Below are positions 16,331 through 24,532 of a stretch of 28,400 bases of DNA, piece by piece (within the stretch, counting starts at the first letter, position 1; each line of letters begins with the position of its first letter). Source of the DNA: a virus. Lineage: Duplodnaviria > Caudoviricetes. Where the stretch lies: positions 1-28,400 of IMG/VR virus record IMGVR_UViG_3300017722_001183; one strand, written 5' to 3'. The position numbers were made by a program, and so were the translations under genes. The notes below the pieces were generated by a model. It was not told where the DNA came from and searched no databases. It was given only the letters and a program-made list of their open reading frames with translations.

Positions 16331-17113
16331 GTGTCCATCAAAGTTATGGCGGCAGTCTGGGAGTCAGACCTGCCGAGCGACGAGAAGTTTGTAGCGCTGG
16401 CGTTGGCCGACTGGGCCGACGATACCGGCGGAAGCATCTTCCCCTCTCAGGCGCGCATTGGCTGGAAGGTCGGGAAAACCGACCGGGCCGCGCGCTACAC
16501 CATCACCAAACTGCTTGAACGTGGCGTGCTTGCGGTTATCGGTGGCGGCAATGGCAGCGTCATCCATTACCGCATGATCCTATCGGCGCTCCCGGCCAGA
16601 ATGCCGTTCGCTACCCCGGAAGAATCTTCCGGGGTAGATGAAAACCACCCCGGAAGCCCGCTTCCGCCCACCCCGGAAGTGGGCTTCCGCCCACCCCGGA
16701 AGCCCGCTTCCGACGATCCGTCATCTTATCCGTCATCTGATCCGTTACCCCATAAAAGAAGGGTGACTGGCATCGACGATGAGTTCAGGGCGGAAATGGT
16801 CGCTCGGTATCAACGTGCCGGGACTGCGGAGCGAATCAACAGCGAAATCGATGACGCTCTCGGTCACGAGGCTGCACTAAAGCGAACCGACCTCAAGGCA
16901 TACGTCCGGAACTGGCTCTCGAAGACGAACTTTGGAGGCAACACAAATGGACATCGAGCAGCAGGTGGTGGAGGCGTTCAGGGCGCAGGGGCTAACTCCG
17001 GAGCGACTGGGCGAGGCGGAGTACATTCAGGCGCTAAGGCGCGAAGTGGCGTTTCAGGAGCGGCGAACGGCGGAGCCTATGACGCCGGTTTCTGGAAGCC
17101 TGCCGCGAGTTAG
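16331..17113 (+). CDS. phage replication initiator (N-terminal HTH, lambda O-like organisation)
   Basis: MSIKVM..VW...L...EKFV.LALAD.ADD.G...FPSQ.RI motif, internal iterons, followed by a helicase loader. Confidence 0.85.
   Translation: MSIKVMAAVWESDLPSDEKFVALALADWADDTGGSIFPSQARIGWKVGKTDRAARYTITKLLERGVLAVIGGGNGSVIHYRMILSALPARMPFATPEESSGVDENHPGSPLPPTPEVGFRPPRKPASDDPSSYPSSDPLPHKRRVTGIDDEFRAEMVARYQRAGTAERINSEIDDALGHEAALKRTDLKAYVRNWLSKTNFGGNTNGHRAAGGGGVQGAGANSGATGRGGVHSGAKARSGVSGAANGGAYDAGFWKPAAS
16611..16750. repeat. probable replication origin: iterons inside initiator gene
   Basis: 13-bp perfect inverted repeat at 16611-37. Three 23-bp direct repeats CCACCCCGGAAG(N4)CTTCCG at 16645, 16668 and 16691. 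Three 12-bp (G/T)ATCCGT repeats at 16715-50. Confidence 0.75.
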
Positions 17114-17825
17114 AAGCAATTTGTCGCTTGAGTACGATTACACTTCCCGCAACCCTCGCGACTACGAGTGCAACGACTGCGAAGATGCGTCATATGTGCT
17201 TGTGAGGAGTGAGGGCAGGAAGGTGATCACCCCGTGCCTGTCTTGCACGACAACCGTGGATCGGATGGCGTGGGGTGGCGTAGACATTCGGTTCCGCTCT
17301 CCAGACTTAGACGGCATGGTAGTCAACGCCGGAAACCGTTCAGCAATCCAACTGGCCCGCGACTGGGACGGCACTTCGTCGGTGGTGTTGGCGTCGAGGG
17401 TGGAGACCGGCGACAGTCTGTGGGGCACCGGCAAGACGAGAATCGGCTGCGCGCTACTGGAGCAAAAGGTCAATGCGGGTATTCCTGTTCGTTTCATCTC
17501 GGTGATCGACTTTTTGGACGGGATGAAGTCCCGGTTTGATTCGAGCGGGGCGAAAGGCGACAACGCTCAGGCGTTCGCGGCCTCATTGGCTGCCGAGCCG
17601 ATACTTATGATTGACGACCTCGGCGCTGAACGCGGAACGGACTGGGCCATCGAGCAGATGCGCGCGCTGATTGATTCTCGGTATCGTCGGCAGCGCACTA
17701 CGATTATCACGACCAACCTCGACATGCAGGGTATCTACGAGACTTACGGCGGGGCAGTCGCTTCGCGCATGAAGGAACTCGCATGGTGGCTCGTGGGAGG
17801 CCCGGACTATCGAGGGCGAGCATGA
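16947..17825 (+). CDS. DnaC/IstB-like helicase loader ATPase
   Basis: RBS GGAGG. CxxC...CxxC, Walker A GTGKT, Walker B LMIDDLGAE, RY...TIITTNL and SR motif. Confidence 0.88.
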   Translation: MDIEQQVVEAFRAQGLTPERLGEAEYIQALRREVAFQERRTAEPMTPVSGSLPRVRSNLSLEYDYTSRNPRDYECNDCEDASYVLVRSEGRKVITPCLSCTTTVDRMAWGGVDIRFRSPDLDGMVVNAGNRSAIQLARDWDGTSSVVLASRVETGDSLWGTGKTRIGCALLEQKVNAGIPVRFISVIDFLDGMKSRFDSSGAKGDNAQAFAASLAAEPILMIDDLGAERGTDWAIEQMRALIDSRYRRQRTTIITTNLDMQGIYETYGGAVASRMKELAWWLVGGPDYRGRA

Positions 17826-17977
17826 CGCCGCAGGAGCGACTGGACGAAATCGCGCGCATTCTTGAGGACGCGACCAACCGCGAACTGATGGCTACACCGA
17901 ATGGCGCGCTGCCAAGATTGACAGAATGGTTGACTCCAAACGAGGCGCGGCGCGTGTATCTACTGGCGAGGGGCTAG
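17822..17977 (+). CDS. small hypothetical protein
   Basis: MTPQERLDEIARIL..., ATGA overlap with the loader gene. Confidence 0.55.
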   Translation: MTPQERLDEIARILEDATNRELMATPNGALPRLTEWLTPNEARRVYLLARG

Positions 17978-18021
17978 ACCAGCACGCCGATCCTCAGTGG
18001 CTCCCGGCACGGTGTGTGCTG

Positions 18022-18112
18022 AAAATAACCCAAAATAAACCCTGAAATCGCGTCTAACCGGCTTGACAACCGGTGTTGGACATGCAATAATTACTTTAGT
18101 AAACGAGACGAC
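18022..18112 (+). promoter_or_regulatory. early promoter repeat copy 3
   Basis: TTGACA 18063-68, 17 bp, AATAAT 18086-91, both palindromes and the leader. Preceded by a hairpin at 17980-18021. Confidence 0.9.
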
Positions 18113-18128
18113 GAAGGAGACCACGAAG

Positions 18129-18353
18129 ATGGACAAGACGACAAAGATGATCGCGGCAGCGGTGTCAGCGGCGACGATGCGCGCATTCAGCGACGCAGGG
18201 ATGCAGCAGGAGTACCGCGACGGGATGCGGTACATGAGGGCCGAGATCGTCACGGCGCTGTCGAACGCGATGTACGAGAGCAACCCGCGATTCGACGGAG
18301 AGGCGTTCCGCGACGCTTGCCTGACGCCGAATCACCTCGCTCGAACGGCGTAA
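18129..18353 (+). CDS. small hypothetical protein
   Basis: MDKTTKMIAAAV...NPRFDGEAFRDAC. The C-terminal NPRFD..F..AC motif is familiar from small phage early proteins. RBS AAGGAG. Confidence 0.75.
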   Translation: MDKTTKMIAAAVSAATMRAFSDAGMQQEYRDGMRYMRAEIVTALSNAMYESNPRFDGEAFRDACLTPNHLARTA

Positions 18354-18415
18354 CGCACACCCTGCATAGCCGCTTACCACGAGCCGGGGCGGTTCCCCGG
18401 CAGCAAGGAGTAATG

Positions 18416-18853
18416 ATGCAAACCTTTCTGCCTTACGCGGACTTTCAGAAATGCGCGGATGTGCTTGACTACAAGCGGCTCGGCAAGCAGCGCGTCGAGT
18501 GTTGGCAGATCCTTCTCGCCATCAGAGATACCGAGTACGGCTGGCAGCATCACCCAGCCGTGAATATGTGGCGGCACCACGACCGCGCGCTCATCGAATA
18601 TGCGCTGCTAGTTTGCAACGAGTGGGTTCGACGTGGGTACAAGGACTCCATGACTCAACGGTTCATCGACGCTCTCGGCGAAGAAGATCTGGTATATCCA
18701 CCGTGGCTTGGCGATCCAGCATTCCACGCATCGCACCGTTCCAACTTGAAGCGTAAAGACCCGATTCACTACGCGGTATTCATAGAGCCGGATGATATGC
18801 CGTATGTCTGGCCGGTCGGAAACCGAAGATTGATTAGCGCAGGAGACCACTAA
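18416..18853 (+). CDS. pyrimidine-dimer DNA glycosylase/endonuclease V-like protein (MSMEG_6728 type)
   Basis: MQTFLPY..F, LD.KRLGKQRVE..QIL, HPAV.MW, EW..RGY.D, PPWLG...H.SHRSNL.RKDP. Confidence 0.85.
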   Translation: MQTFLPYADFQKCADVLDYKRLGKQRVECWQILLAIRDTEYGWQHHPAVNMWRHHDRALIEYALLVCNEWVRRGYKDSMTQRFIDALGEEDLVYPPWLGDPAFHASHRSNLKRKDPIHYAVFIEPDDMPYVWPVGNRRLISAGDH

Positions 18854-19287
18854 TGACCGAGACGAATGGGATCAATCTTAGTGAGTTTATCGACCGGGAC
18901 AAACTTCCAGCCAAACTGAAGCGTATCAATGAAATCACCGGGCAGATCGCCTTCTTGAAAGGGCAACTTGATGCCTGCGAATCAGAACGCAAAATGCTAC
19001 AGCAAGAAATTGCCGATGCCATCGAAGCCGACCCCGATCACCGCCCCATCTTCATCGACGGCATGATCGCGCGTCGCGGGGTGAAGCGTGGTCGCCGCTC
19101 GGTAGACGCGATCTCGTTTTCGTCGAAGCCCGGGAACGAGCCACACGTTCTCGAACTGATGAGAAGGGGTGGAATCACAATCCCGCTATCGGCACTGAGG
19201 GCTGGCCGAAGTGCGGCAGATGACGCCGCTCTTGACTACGTCATGCCCGGTGGCGAAGAAGCATGGGTCGAGATTGAGGCAATATGA
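18853..19287 (+). CDS. hypothetical coiled-coil protein
   Basis: RBS AGGAG. N-terminal coiled coil followed by a basic beta-rich part. Confidence 0.65.
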   Translation: MTETNGINLSEFIDRDKLPAKLKRINEITGQIAFLKGQLDACESERKMLQQEIADAIEADPDHRPIFIDGMIARRGVKRGRRSVDAISFSSKPGNEPHVLELMRRGGITIPLSALRAGRSAADDAALDYVMPGGEEAWVEIEAI

Positions 19288-19397
19288 AGCCTAAAGGGCT
19301 GCAATGCGTAGCGCGCATAGTAGAATGAAAGTCCCAAACGACAAGGAGTTCAGTATGAAGTTCACGACGACCACCCATGCCCAGCGGCACGGCGACC

Positions 19398-19847
19398 TTG
19401 TTTAGGCGGCATACTGCGGCGCTGATAGGTGTGTTCATCTTCGCCGCAATCATGCTACCCACCAGAACAGTGGAAGCGCATGACCCGACCTCGGCAATAG
19501 CCGCGAGTGTCGAGACGTACATCACCCCAACCGAACCCATCTCCATAGTTTTGGCACCGGGCGAGACCGTGCGCGTGCTCACGCTCGATCAGTGGCGCGC
19601 GGTTCGTCATTTCGCCCCGGAGCGCCAGATGGAAATGGCGCGCATCGGCTGGTGCGAATCGCGCTTCGACCCCGACGCCGTTGGGGATGGTGGGCGTTCC
19701 CTCGGGGCGTGGCAGGTGCAGCCTCTTTTCTGGGGCGCGGTGCCCGCCACGCTGGAGGAGCAGGCGCAGCAGGCCGAGCGCATCGCTGCCGAACATGGAA
19801 CCCTGCCGTGGACTACCCGCGACGGATGCGACGAATGGAACAGGTGA
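19398..19847 (+). CDS. secreted lytic transglycosylase/lysozyme-like protein
   Basis: Signal-peptide-like FRRHTAALIGVFIFAAIMLP...VEA. Catalytic-type CESRFDP.AVGD.G.S.G.WQ motif. Start uncertain (ATG 19377 or TTG 19398). Confidence 0.75.
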   Translation: MFRRHTAALIGVFIFAAIMLPTRTVEAHDPTSAIAASVETYITPTEPISIVLAPGETVRVLTLDQWRAVRHFAPERQMEMARIGWCESRFDPDAVGDGGRSLGAWQVQPLFWGAVPATLEEQAQQAERIAAEHGTLPWTTRDGCDEWNR

Positions 19848-19863
19848 CTGAGGAGTAGGCGAG

Positions 19864-20295
19864 ATGCCAAGACCGCACTTTGATCCGCCGCCGATGCCAG
19901 CGCCCGGGACGCCGGAGCGCAGCGTCCTAGACGAGTTGTTGGCTGCATGGAAAATGGGTTCTGAAGCCTGCGAGAAGGCGTACCTTACGCGCCGCACTGG
20001 GTTGGTTGACCGGGCTGTGAGAAACGCCGTGGAGGAATTGCGGGCTCGCGAGTGGCCGATTATGGCTAGTTCGGGACAGGCCGGGTACTGGCTAACTCTG
20101 GACACGACGGAGATTGATCGGTTTATTGACCATGAGATCGTGTCGCGCATCGAGAAACTTGCCCGGACGCGCGCGGGCATGGTCAATGCTCGGCGTCGTA
20201 TCCGCGCTGTGAATGACGCTCAGGTTGCCCCGGTGCAGGTTCCATTGTTTGGCGCGCCATTCCCACAGCCATCGCGCGAGAGTGGTCGCTGGTAA
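19864..20295 (+). CDS. winged-helix DNA-binding protein
   Basis: L...TGL.DR.VR..VEELR....PI.ASS...GYWL motif. RBS GAGGAG. Confidence 0.7.
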   Translation: MPRPHFDPPPMPAPGTPERSVLDELLAAWKMGSEACEKAYLTRRTGLVDRAVRNAVEELRAREWPIMASSGQAGYWLTLDTTEIDRFIDHEIVSRIEKLARTRAGMVNARRRIRAVNDAQVAPVQVPLFGAPFPQPSRESGRW

Positions 20296-20726
20296 TGAGG
20301 TGGGAATGGTTGGTTCCGCTCCCGCCATCTGGCCTCGGCGGGAACGCCCGCGAGCATTGGGCGCGGACTCACAATCTCAAAGACCAATACCGCATGGAGG
20401 TCGCTGCTGAGGTGTTGTCGAGGCAGCACCCGGACAAGCCGTTAGCCTCAGCGCGCCTGACCATTCAGGCCCGTATATGCCATCGGCGTGTGACCGCCGC
20501 TTCACCACTGCGCTCACAGGGCCGCTATCGGCCAACCGACCTCGACAACCTGATCTCTGCAATGAAGTCCGGCATCGATGCACTTCAGCCCGGCGTGGTC
20601 ATGCGCGGTTACGCCGGAGTAATCGCGGGCGACGCTTCGGGGGAACTGGAGTTGCTGATTCTGCCCACGCGCCGCGTCGACACGTTCTCGGAGGAGTGCG
20701 TCAGACTGATCCTCGAAAAGTTGTAG
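20295..20726 (+). CDS. rusA: RusA-like Holliday junction resolvase
   Basis: LPPS...N.R.HW and R..DLDNL....K..IDAL...GVI.GD motifs. Confidence 0.7.
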   Translation: MRWEWLVPLPPSGLGGNAREHWARTHNLKDQYRMEVAAEVLSRQHPDKPLASARLTIQARICHRRVTAASPLRSQGRYRPTDLDNLISAMKSGIDALQPGVVMRGYAGVIAGDASGELELLILPTRRVDTFSEECVRLILEKL

Positions 20727-20803
20727 AAATAAACCTAGAATCGTGTCTAACCGGCTTGACAACCGGTGTTGGGCATGTTATAATTACTTTAGTAAACGAG
20801 ACG
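20727..20803 (+). promoter_or_regulatory. early promoter repeat copy 4
   Basis: TTGACA 20756-61, 17 bp, TGT-TATAAT (hexamer 20779-84). Begins immediately after the rusA stop. Confidence 0.92.
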
Positions 20804-20823
20804 GCGAAGCGAAGGAGACTGAA

Positions 20824-20997
20824 ATGACCGAGATGTACCACAAGAACTGGGGCAGCAGAGAAAACGGCATGACGTCGGCCTACAAGGCTGCTGCCTTCGC
20901 CGCGACCCCGGCTGGAAAGGCCGCTAAGTTGGCCGCCGAAGTTGCCAAGAACCAGCGGCGGATGGGGTTCGCCAGCGGCGCGTACCTTCTCGGGTAG
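20824..20997 (+). CDS. small hypothetical protein (57 aa)
   Basis: MTEMYHKNWGSRENG..., RBS AAGGAG. Confidence 0.7.
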   Translation: MTEMYHKNWGSRENGMTSAYKAAAFAATPAGKAAKLAAEVAKNQRRMGFASGAYLLG

Positions 20998-21003
20998 AGC
21001 CTG

Positions 21004-21038
21004 CAGACGAGACAGACGAGACAGACGAGACAGACGAG
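21004..21038 (+). repeat. 9-bp tandem repeat (CAGACGAGA)x~4 upstream of an RBS
   Basis: Units at 21004, 21013, 21022 and 21031. The last unit runs into GAGGAG. Confidence 0.9.
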
Positions 21039-21049
21039 GAGACGCGACC

Positions 21050-21316
21050 ATGACACAGAAGCAGAGACTGGAAACTGTCAGAGCCACGCTCAGGGCGCAG
21101 GGGCTCAGCACAACCCGGTACACATGGAACGAGGTGCAATGGCGGGAGGGCACAACCGAGGCTGATCCGTTCGGGCCGGGGGATTGGGACGGGCGCATCG
21201 AGCCGTTGACCTACGCGCTCAGGACACTGCCCGCCGGAGCCGTGGCCCACGTCCTCGTGTACGAGAGAGGCGAGGACGGCGAGTTGAAGGACATAGTCGA
21301 GGTGGTACTGCCATGA
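21050..21316 (+). CDS. small hypothetical protein
   Basis: MTQKQRLETVRATL..., RBS GAGGAG. Confidence 0.7.
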   Translation: MTQKQRLETVRATLRAQGLSTTRYTWNEVQWREGTTEADPFGPGDWDGRIEPLTYALRTLPAGAVAHVLVYERGEDGELKDIVEVVLP

Positions 21317-21924
21317 CCGACATGACTGTGATCACCGCTCGGTATCCGGGCACATGCGTTCAGTGCGGTTTGAGGTTTGATGCCGGTACTAGCATCTTGC
21401 ACTCACCGGGCCGGGCCGCGCACAACCAATGCCCCGCCCCACTGCCCCCGGCCACACCGGAAACCCTGCCTACGCCTCTCGTGGCGCTTCCTACGCTATC
21501 CAGCGTGGTGGCTTTTCTGACTTCGGCACGCGAGTCTGGCATCCAGTACCCGAAGGCGCGTTTCATCGGCCCTGATGGTTATGAATTGAAGTTGACTTTG
21601 GCTGGCAGCGGAAGCCGAGTGCCAGACTCAGTGAATGTGTTGGTCGGAGAGATATGGGTAGGGCGCATCATGCCGGACGGCCAGCCCTCACGCCCACTCG
21701 ACACGAATGCCTCGGCGCTTGAGGTTCTGCGAGCCATTGCTGCCGACCCGGCCATTGCGGCACGAGAGTACGGCGCGCTGAATGCGGTTTGCTCATTCTG
21801 CGGAGCAGAACTTACTGACGCTGGTTCGGTAGAGGTCGGGTACGGCCCGACCTGCGCGAGGCGATGGAGCCTTCCGCACCACCCGAGGGGGTCGCGAGTG
21901 GAACAGGCGGTGGCTTGCGTCTAA
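21313..21924 (+). CDS. DUF6011-like zinc-finger protein
   Basis: N-terminal ARYPG.C..CG and C-terminal CSFCG.ELTD..S...GYGP.CA. Confidence 0.75.
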   Translation: MTDMTVITARYPGTCVQCGLRFDAGTSILHSPGRAAHNQCPAPLPPATPETLPTPLVALPTLSSVVAFLTSARESGIQYPKARFIGPDGYELKLTLAGSGSRVPDSVNVLVGEIWVGRIMPDGQPSRPLDTNASALEVLRAIAADPAIAAREYGALNAVCSFCGAELTDAGSVEVGYGPTCARRWSLPHHPRGSRVEQAVACV

Positions 21925-21977
21925 CCGGCTTGACAACCGATTCTGCACATGCGATACTGGTTCAGTAACGAGACGAC
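21917..21977 (+). promoter_or_regulatory. degenerate promoter repeat copy 5
   Basis: CTAACCGGC-TTGACA (21930-35), 17 bp, GATACT 21953-58, AACGAGACGAC. Lacks the A-tract and TTACTTTAGTAA. Confidence 0.8.
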
Positions 21978-21993
21978 GATGAAGGAGACGACG

Positions 21994-22896
21994 ATGCCTG
22001 AGAGGCGATTGGTAGCGCGGGACATTCCAATCGAACGGGTCGAGGCCGACCCTGACCAGCCGCGTAAGCACTTTGCGAAGGAGCCACTGCTGGAGTTGGC
22101 GGATAGCATCCGCGAACTCGGAGTGTGCGAGCCCATTATCGTGCGGCAGGTGAAGGCGGGCAGCGACCCGGTCTACCGCATCATCAGTGGAGAGCGCCGT
22201 TTCCGTGCTAGCCAAATTGCAGGCAAGACGGACATTCCTGCCGTAATTAGGAATGACCTCGACGGGGCCGACATATTCGCGGTGCAGTTGGTGGAGAACC
22301 AAGTGCGTCAGGACATGACGGCGATGGAGGAGGCCAGCGCCTACGTCGAGTTGATGAAGCAGGGCAAGACGAAGGAGCAGATCGCGGCGATGATCGGGCG
22401 GACGGTTCCGTTCGTGGACATTCGCCTCGAATTACTGAATCTGATCCCGCTGCTGCAAATGAGCATCAACGCCGGGACACTGACGGTGATCTCCGGCAGT
22501 CGCATCGCCAAACTCAGCCCGACGAACCAGTCGAAGGTCGCCCGGATGATCGCCGAGGGCAAGGCGCTCCGCACGGTCGCCGACGTGGCGGCGGTATGCG
22601 AGCAGTTGTACGCGATGGAGCACGGCTGCGAAATGTTCGCGGACGTCGAGACGCTGACCGAGCCACAGCAGCGCGCATTGCGTGATTACGAGACCGCACT
22701 GGATACGGCTTCGAGAGCCATCGCGGCGCTCGACAAGATTGAGGATCCCCAACTGCTCGGGGCGCTTCAGGCGAACCTCCCGGGTTACGTCCAGAAGGCG
22801 CTCGTCTTGAAGGACGAGGCTGCCCGACTGGGCCGTCGCCTCAACCGTCTCCAGCACATGCACCAGACGACTCTAGCGGAGGCGATGGCCTCGTGA
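21994..22896 (+). CDS. parB: ParB/Spo0J/KorB-family protein
   Basis: PDQPRKHF, L.ELADSI...G...PI.VR, GERRFRA arginine patch, ENQ.R.D...EEA, then an HTH. Confidence 0.9.
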   Translation: MPERRLVARDIPIERVEADPDQPRKHFAKEPLLELADSIRELGVCEPIIVRQVKAGSDPVYRIISGERRFRASQIAGKTDIPAVIRNDLDGADIFAVQLVENQVRQDMTAMEEASAYVELMKQGKTKEQIAAMIGRTVPFVDIRLELLNLIPLLQMSINAGTLTVISGSRIAKLSPTNQSKVARMIAEGKALRTVADVAAVCEQLYAMEHGCEMFADVETLTEPQQRALRDYETALDTASRAIAALDKIEDPQLLGALQANLPGYVQKALVLKDEAARLGRRLNRLQHMHQTTLAEAMAS

Positions 22897-23156
22897 ATTG
22901 GCCCAACGCTGTCGGGGAGTCGGAGCGGCTCCGCGCAGATGATTGTCTCGACTTCCATGACGGTCATTGTCACGGCGATGTGGAGTACCGGGTGTCCTTG
23001 TCTGGCACCGGGACGCGCATCCCGCGATGCGATCACCATTGGGATTTGCGGGTCGAACAAGAGGGCGAACTAAGGGAGCGTTACCCGGATTCGGACTCGC
23101 CTCCGGCGTGGTTTGACGAGGCGAATGCGGGAGAGAGGTGGAATGAGGATGACTGA
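22893..23156 (+). CDS. hypothetical Cys/His phage protein
   Basis: CLD...C.G.VEYR..LSGTG...RC..HW and YPDSD.PP.WFD...AGE.W motifs. GTGA overlap with parB. Confidence 0.7.
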   Translation: MNWPNAVGESERLRADDCLDFHDGHCHGDVEYRVSLSGTGTRIPRCDHHWDLRVEQEGELRERYPDSDSPPAWFDEANAGERWNEDD

Positions 23157-23382
23157 TTACGGGCCTGCGATGGAGTTGGGTGACCGGCTGCGCCGGATGC
23201 GGATGGAAAGGAACATGTCTCTGGCTGACACCGAAGCGGCGATGAAGATCGGCAAGTCAACCTACCGGAATTGGGAGCAGGGGATGGCTGTTCCAAACTT
23301 GCTGATGGCGAAGCGCGTTGCGGAGGCGTTTGGAATCACTCTCGACTCGCTTGTGGAAGGAATCAATGATGGCAATTCCTAA
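23149..23382 (+). CDS. XRE-family HTH transcriptional regulator
   Basis: LGDRLRRMR.ER.MS......IGKSTY.NWEQG...P......VA.AFGITLD.L. Confidence 0.9.
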   Translation: MTDYGPAMELGDRLRRMRMERNMSLADTEAAMKIGKSTYRNWEQGMAVPNLLMAKRVAEAFGITLDSLVEGINDGNS

Positions 23383-24175
23383 CCCGACCGCGAAGGTCGA
23401 GAACATCGGGCCGCGAGAGGCCCAGCAGATGCTTGCCCAGATGGGCAACAATCGTTCGCTCAGTCGCTCGCGTGTCGATTCGCTCGCCGAGGGCATCGAC
23501 CGTGGTGAGTGGAAACTCAATGGCGAGACGGTAATCATCGACGCGGATGGCAACGTGATTGACGGGCAGCACCGGCTTCACGCGATCATCAAGTCCAAGC
23601 GTTCCGTGCCGGTCGTCGTCGTGCGCGGTGTTCGCCCGGACGCTATTGACACGATCGACACCGGTAAGTCGCGTTCTCTGATCAATGTTCTCCAGTTGAC
23701 TGGAATCGGTTACGCGGGACGAGTTGGGCCTGTGGTGAGCCTGATATTGGTGTCTCGGAAGTTCAATACATTCAACCTTGCAGGACACCAGACCCGCACC
23801 ATTCAGGAGGCCGAGGCGCTGTTGCAGGATGAGCCGGAGATTATTGGCGCTGTGCAGAAGGTTGACCTTTGGATGACACGGTCTGGCATTGGGCGTCAGG
23901 CGGTGGTTGCGGCGCTGTTTTATATGGCGTCTCTGGTGGACGAGTCCGACGCAGATGCGTTTTTCCAAGCCGTTGCTTATGGCGAGGGATTGGTGGCTAG
24001 CGACCCGGCCTACATGATCCGGTCGCGGATGATCTTGGACAGGACGTCTCGTGCGAAGTTGACCAATCAGGAACTTGCGGCGCTGATCATCAAGGCGTGG
24101 AATGCCTACCGCAAGGGAACGAAGATCAAGAAGATCGGCTGGAGGGCTTCCGACGGGTTTCCCGTTATGGCGTGA
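23369..24175 (+). CDS. ParB-like nuclease-domain protein (DGQHR type)
   Basis: NR.LS..V......G.W..NGE.I..D..G..IDGQHRL.AI...ID.GK.R. Confidence 0.8.
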   Translation: MAIPNPTAKVENIGPREAQQMLAQMGNNRSLSRSRVDSLAEGIDRGEWKLNGETVIIDADGNVIDGQHRLHAIIKSKRSVPVVVVRGVRPDAIDTIDTGKSRSLINVLQLTGIGYAGRVGPVVSLILVSRKFNTFNLAGHQTRTIQEAEALLQDEPEIIGAVQKVDLWMTRSGIGRQAVVAALFYMASLVDESDADAFFQAVAYGEGLVASDPAYMIRSRMILDRTSRAKLTNQELAALIIKAWNAYRKGTKIKKIGWRASDGFPVMA

Positions 24176-24225
24176 CCGGAGTCCGAAACGATACTGAAGA
24201 TGCTGCTTGAAGGCGTGGAATTACG

Positions 24226-24420
24226 GTGAAATGCGCGAGGTGTGGTGGATTTTGCATGGTCGATCGGGAGGATGGCGACATGCGTTGCGTGATTTGTAAC
24301 CGTGCTGTCGTGCCACCGAGGAATCCGACTTCGGATGAGATGCGAGATCGGCGTTTCGAGCGAGAGCCGCACCGTCGAGGTGCGGTAGGCACCGCATCAA
24401 CGCGCGGCCCGGGCCGGTGA
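24226..24420 (+). CDS. small zinc-ribbon protein
   Basis: CARCGG...CVICN. Confidence 0.55.
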   Translation: MKCARCGGFCMVDREDGDMRCVICNRAVVPPRNPTSDEMRDRRFEREPHRRGAVGTASTRGPGR

Positions 24421-24438
24421 GTTAGTAACCGAGAATCG

Positions 24439-24517
24439 AATAAACCCTAGAATCGCGTCTGACCGGCTTGACAACCGGTGCTGGGAATGGTATAATTACT
24501 TTAGTGAACGAGACGAC
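24439..24517 (+). promoter_or_regulatory. early promoter repeat copy 6
   Basis: TTGACA 24468-73, 17 bp, TGG-TATAAT (hexamer 24491-96). Confidence 0.92.
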
Positions 24518-24532
24518 GAAGGGACACAACCA

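Noticed and set aside
16209-16394. 61-aa ORF upstream of and overlapping the initiator
   Set aside because: It has no RBS or motif and coincides with the structured leader. A leader-peptide role is not excluded.
18383-18401. GGTTC-containing hairpin as a tRNA fragment
   Set aside because: There is no cloverleaf and no TTCRA loop context.
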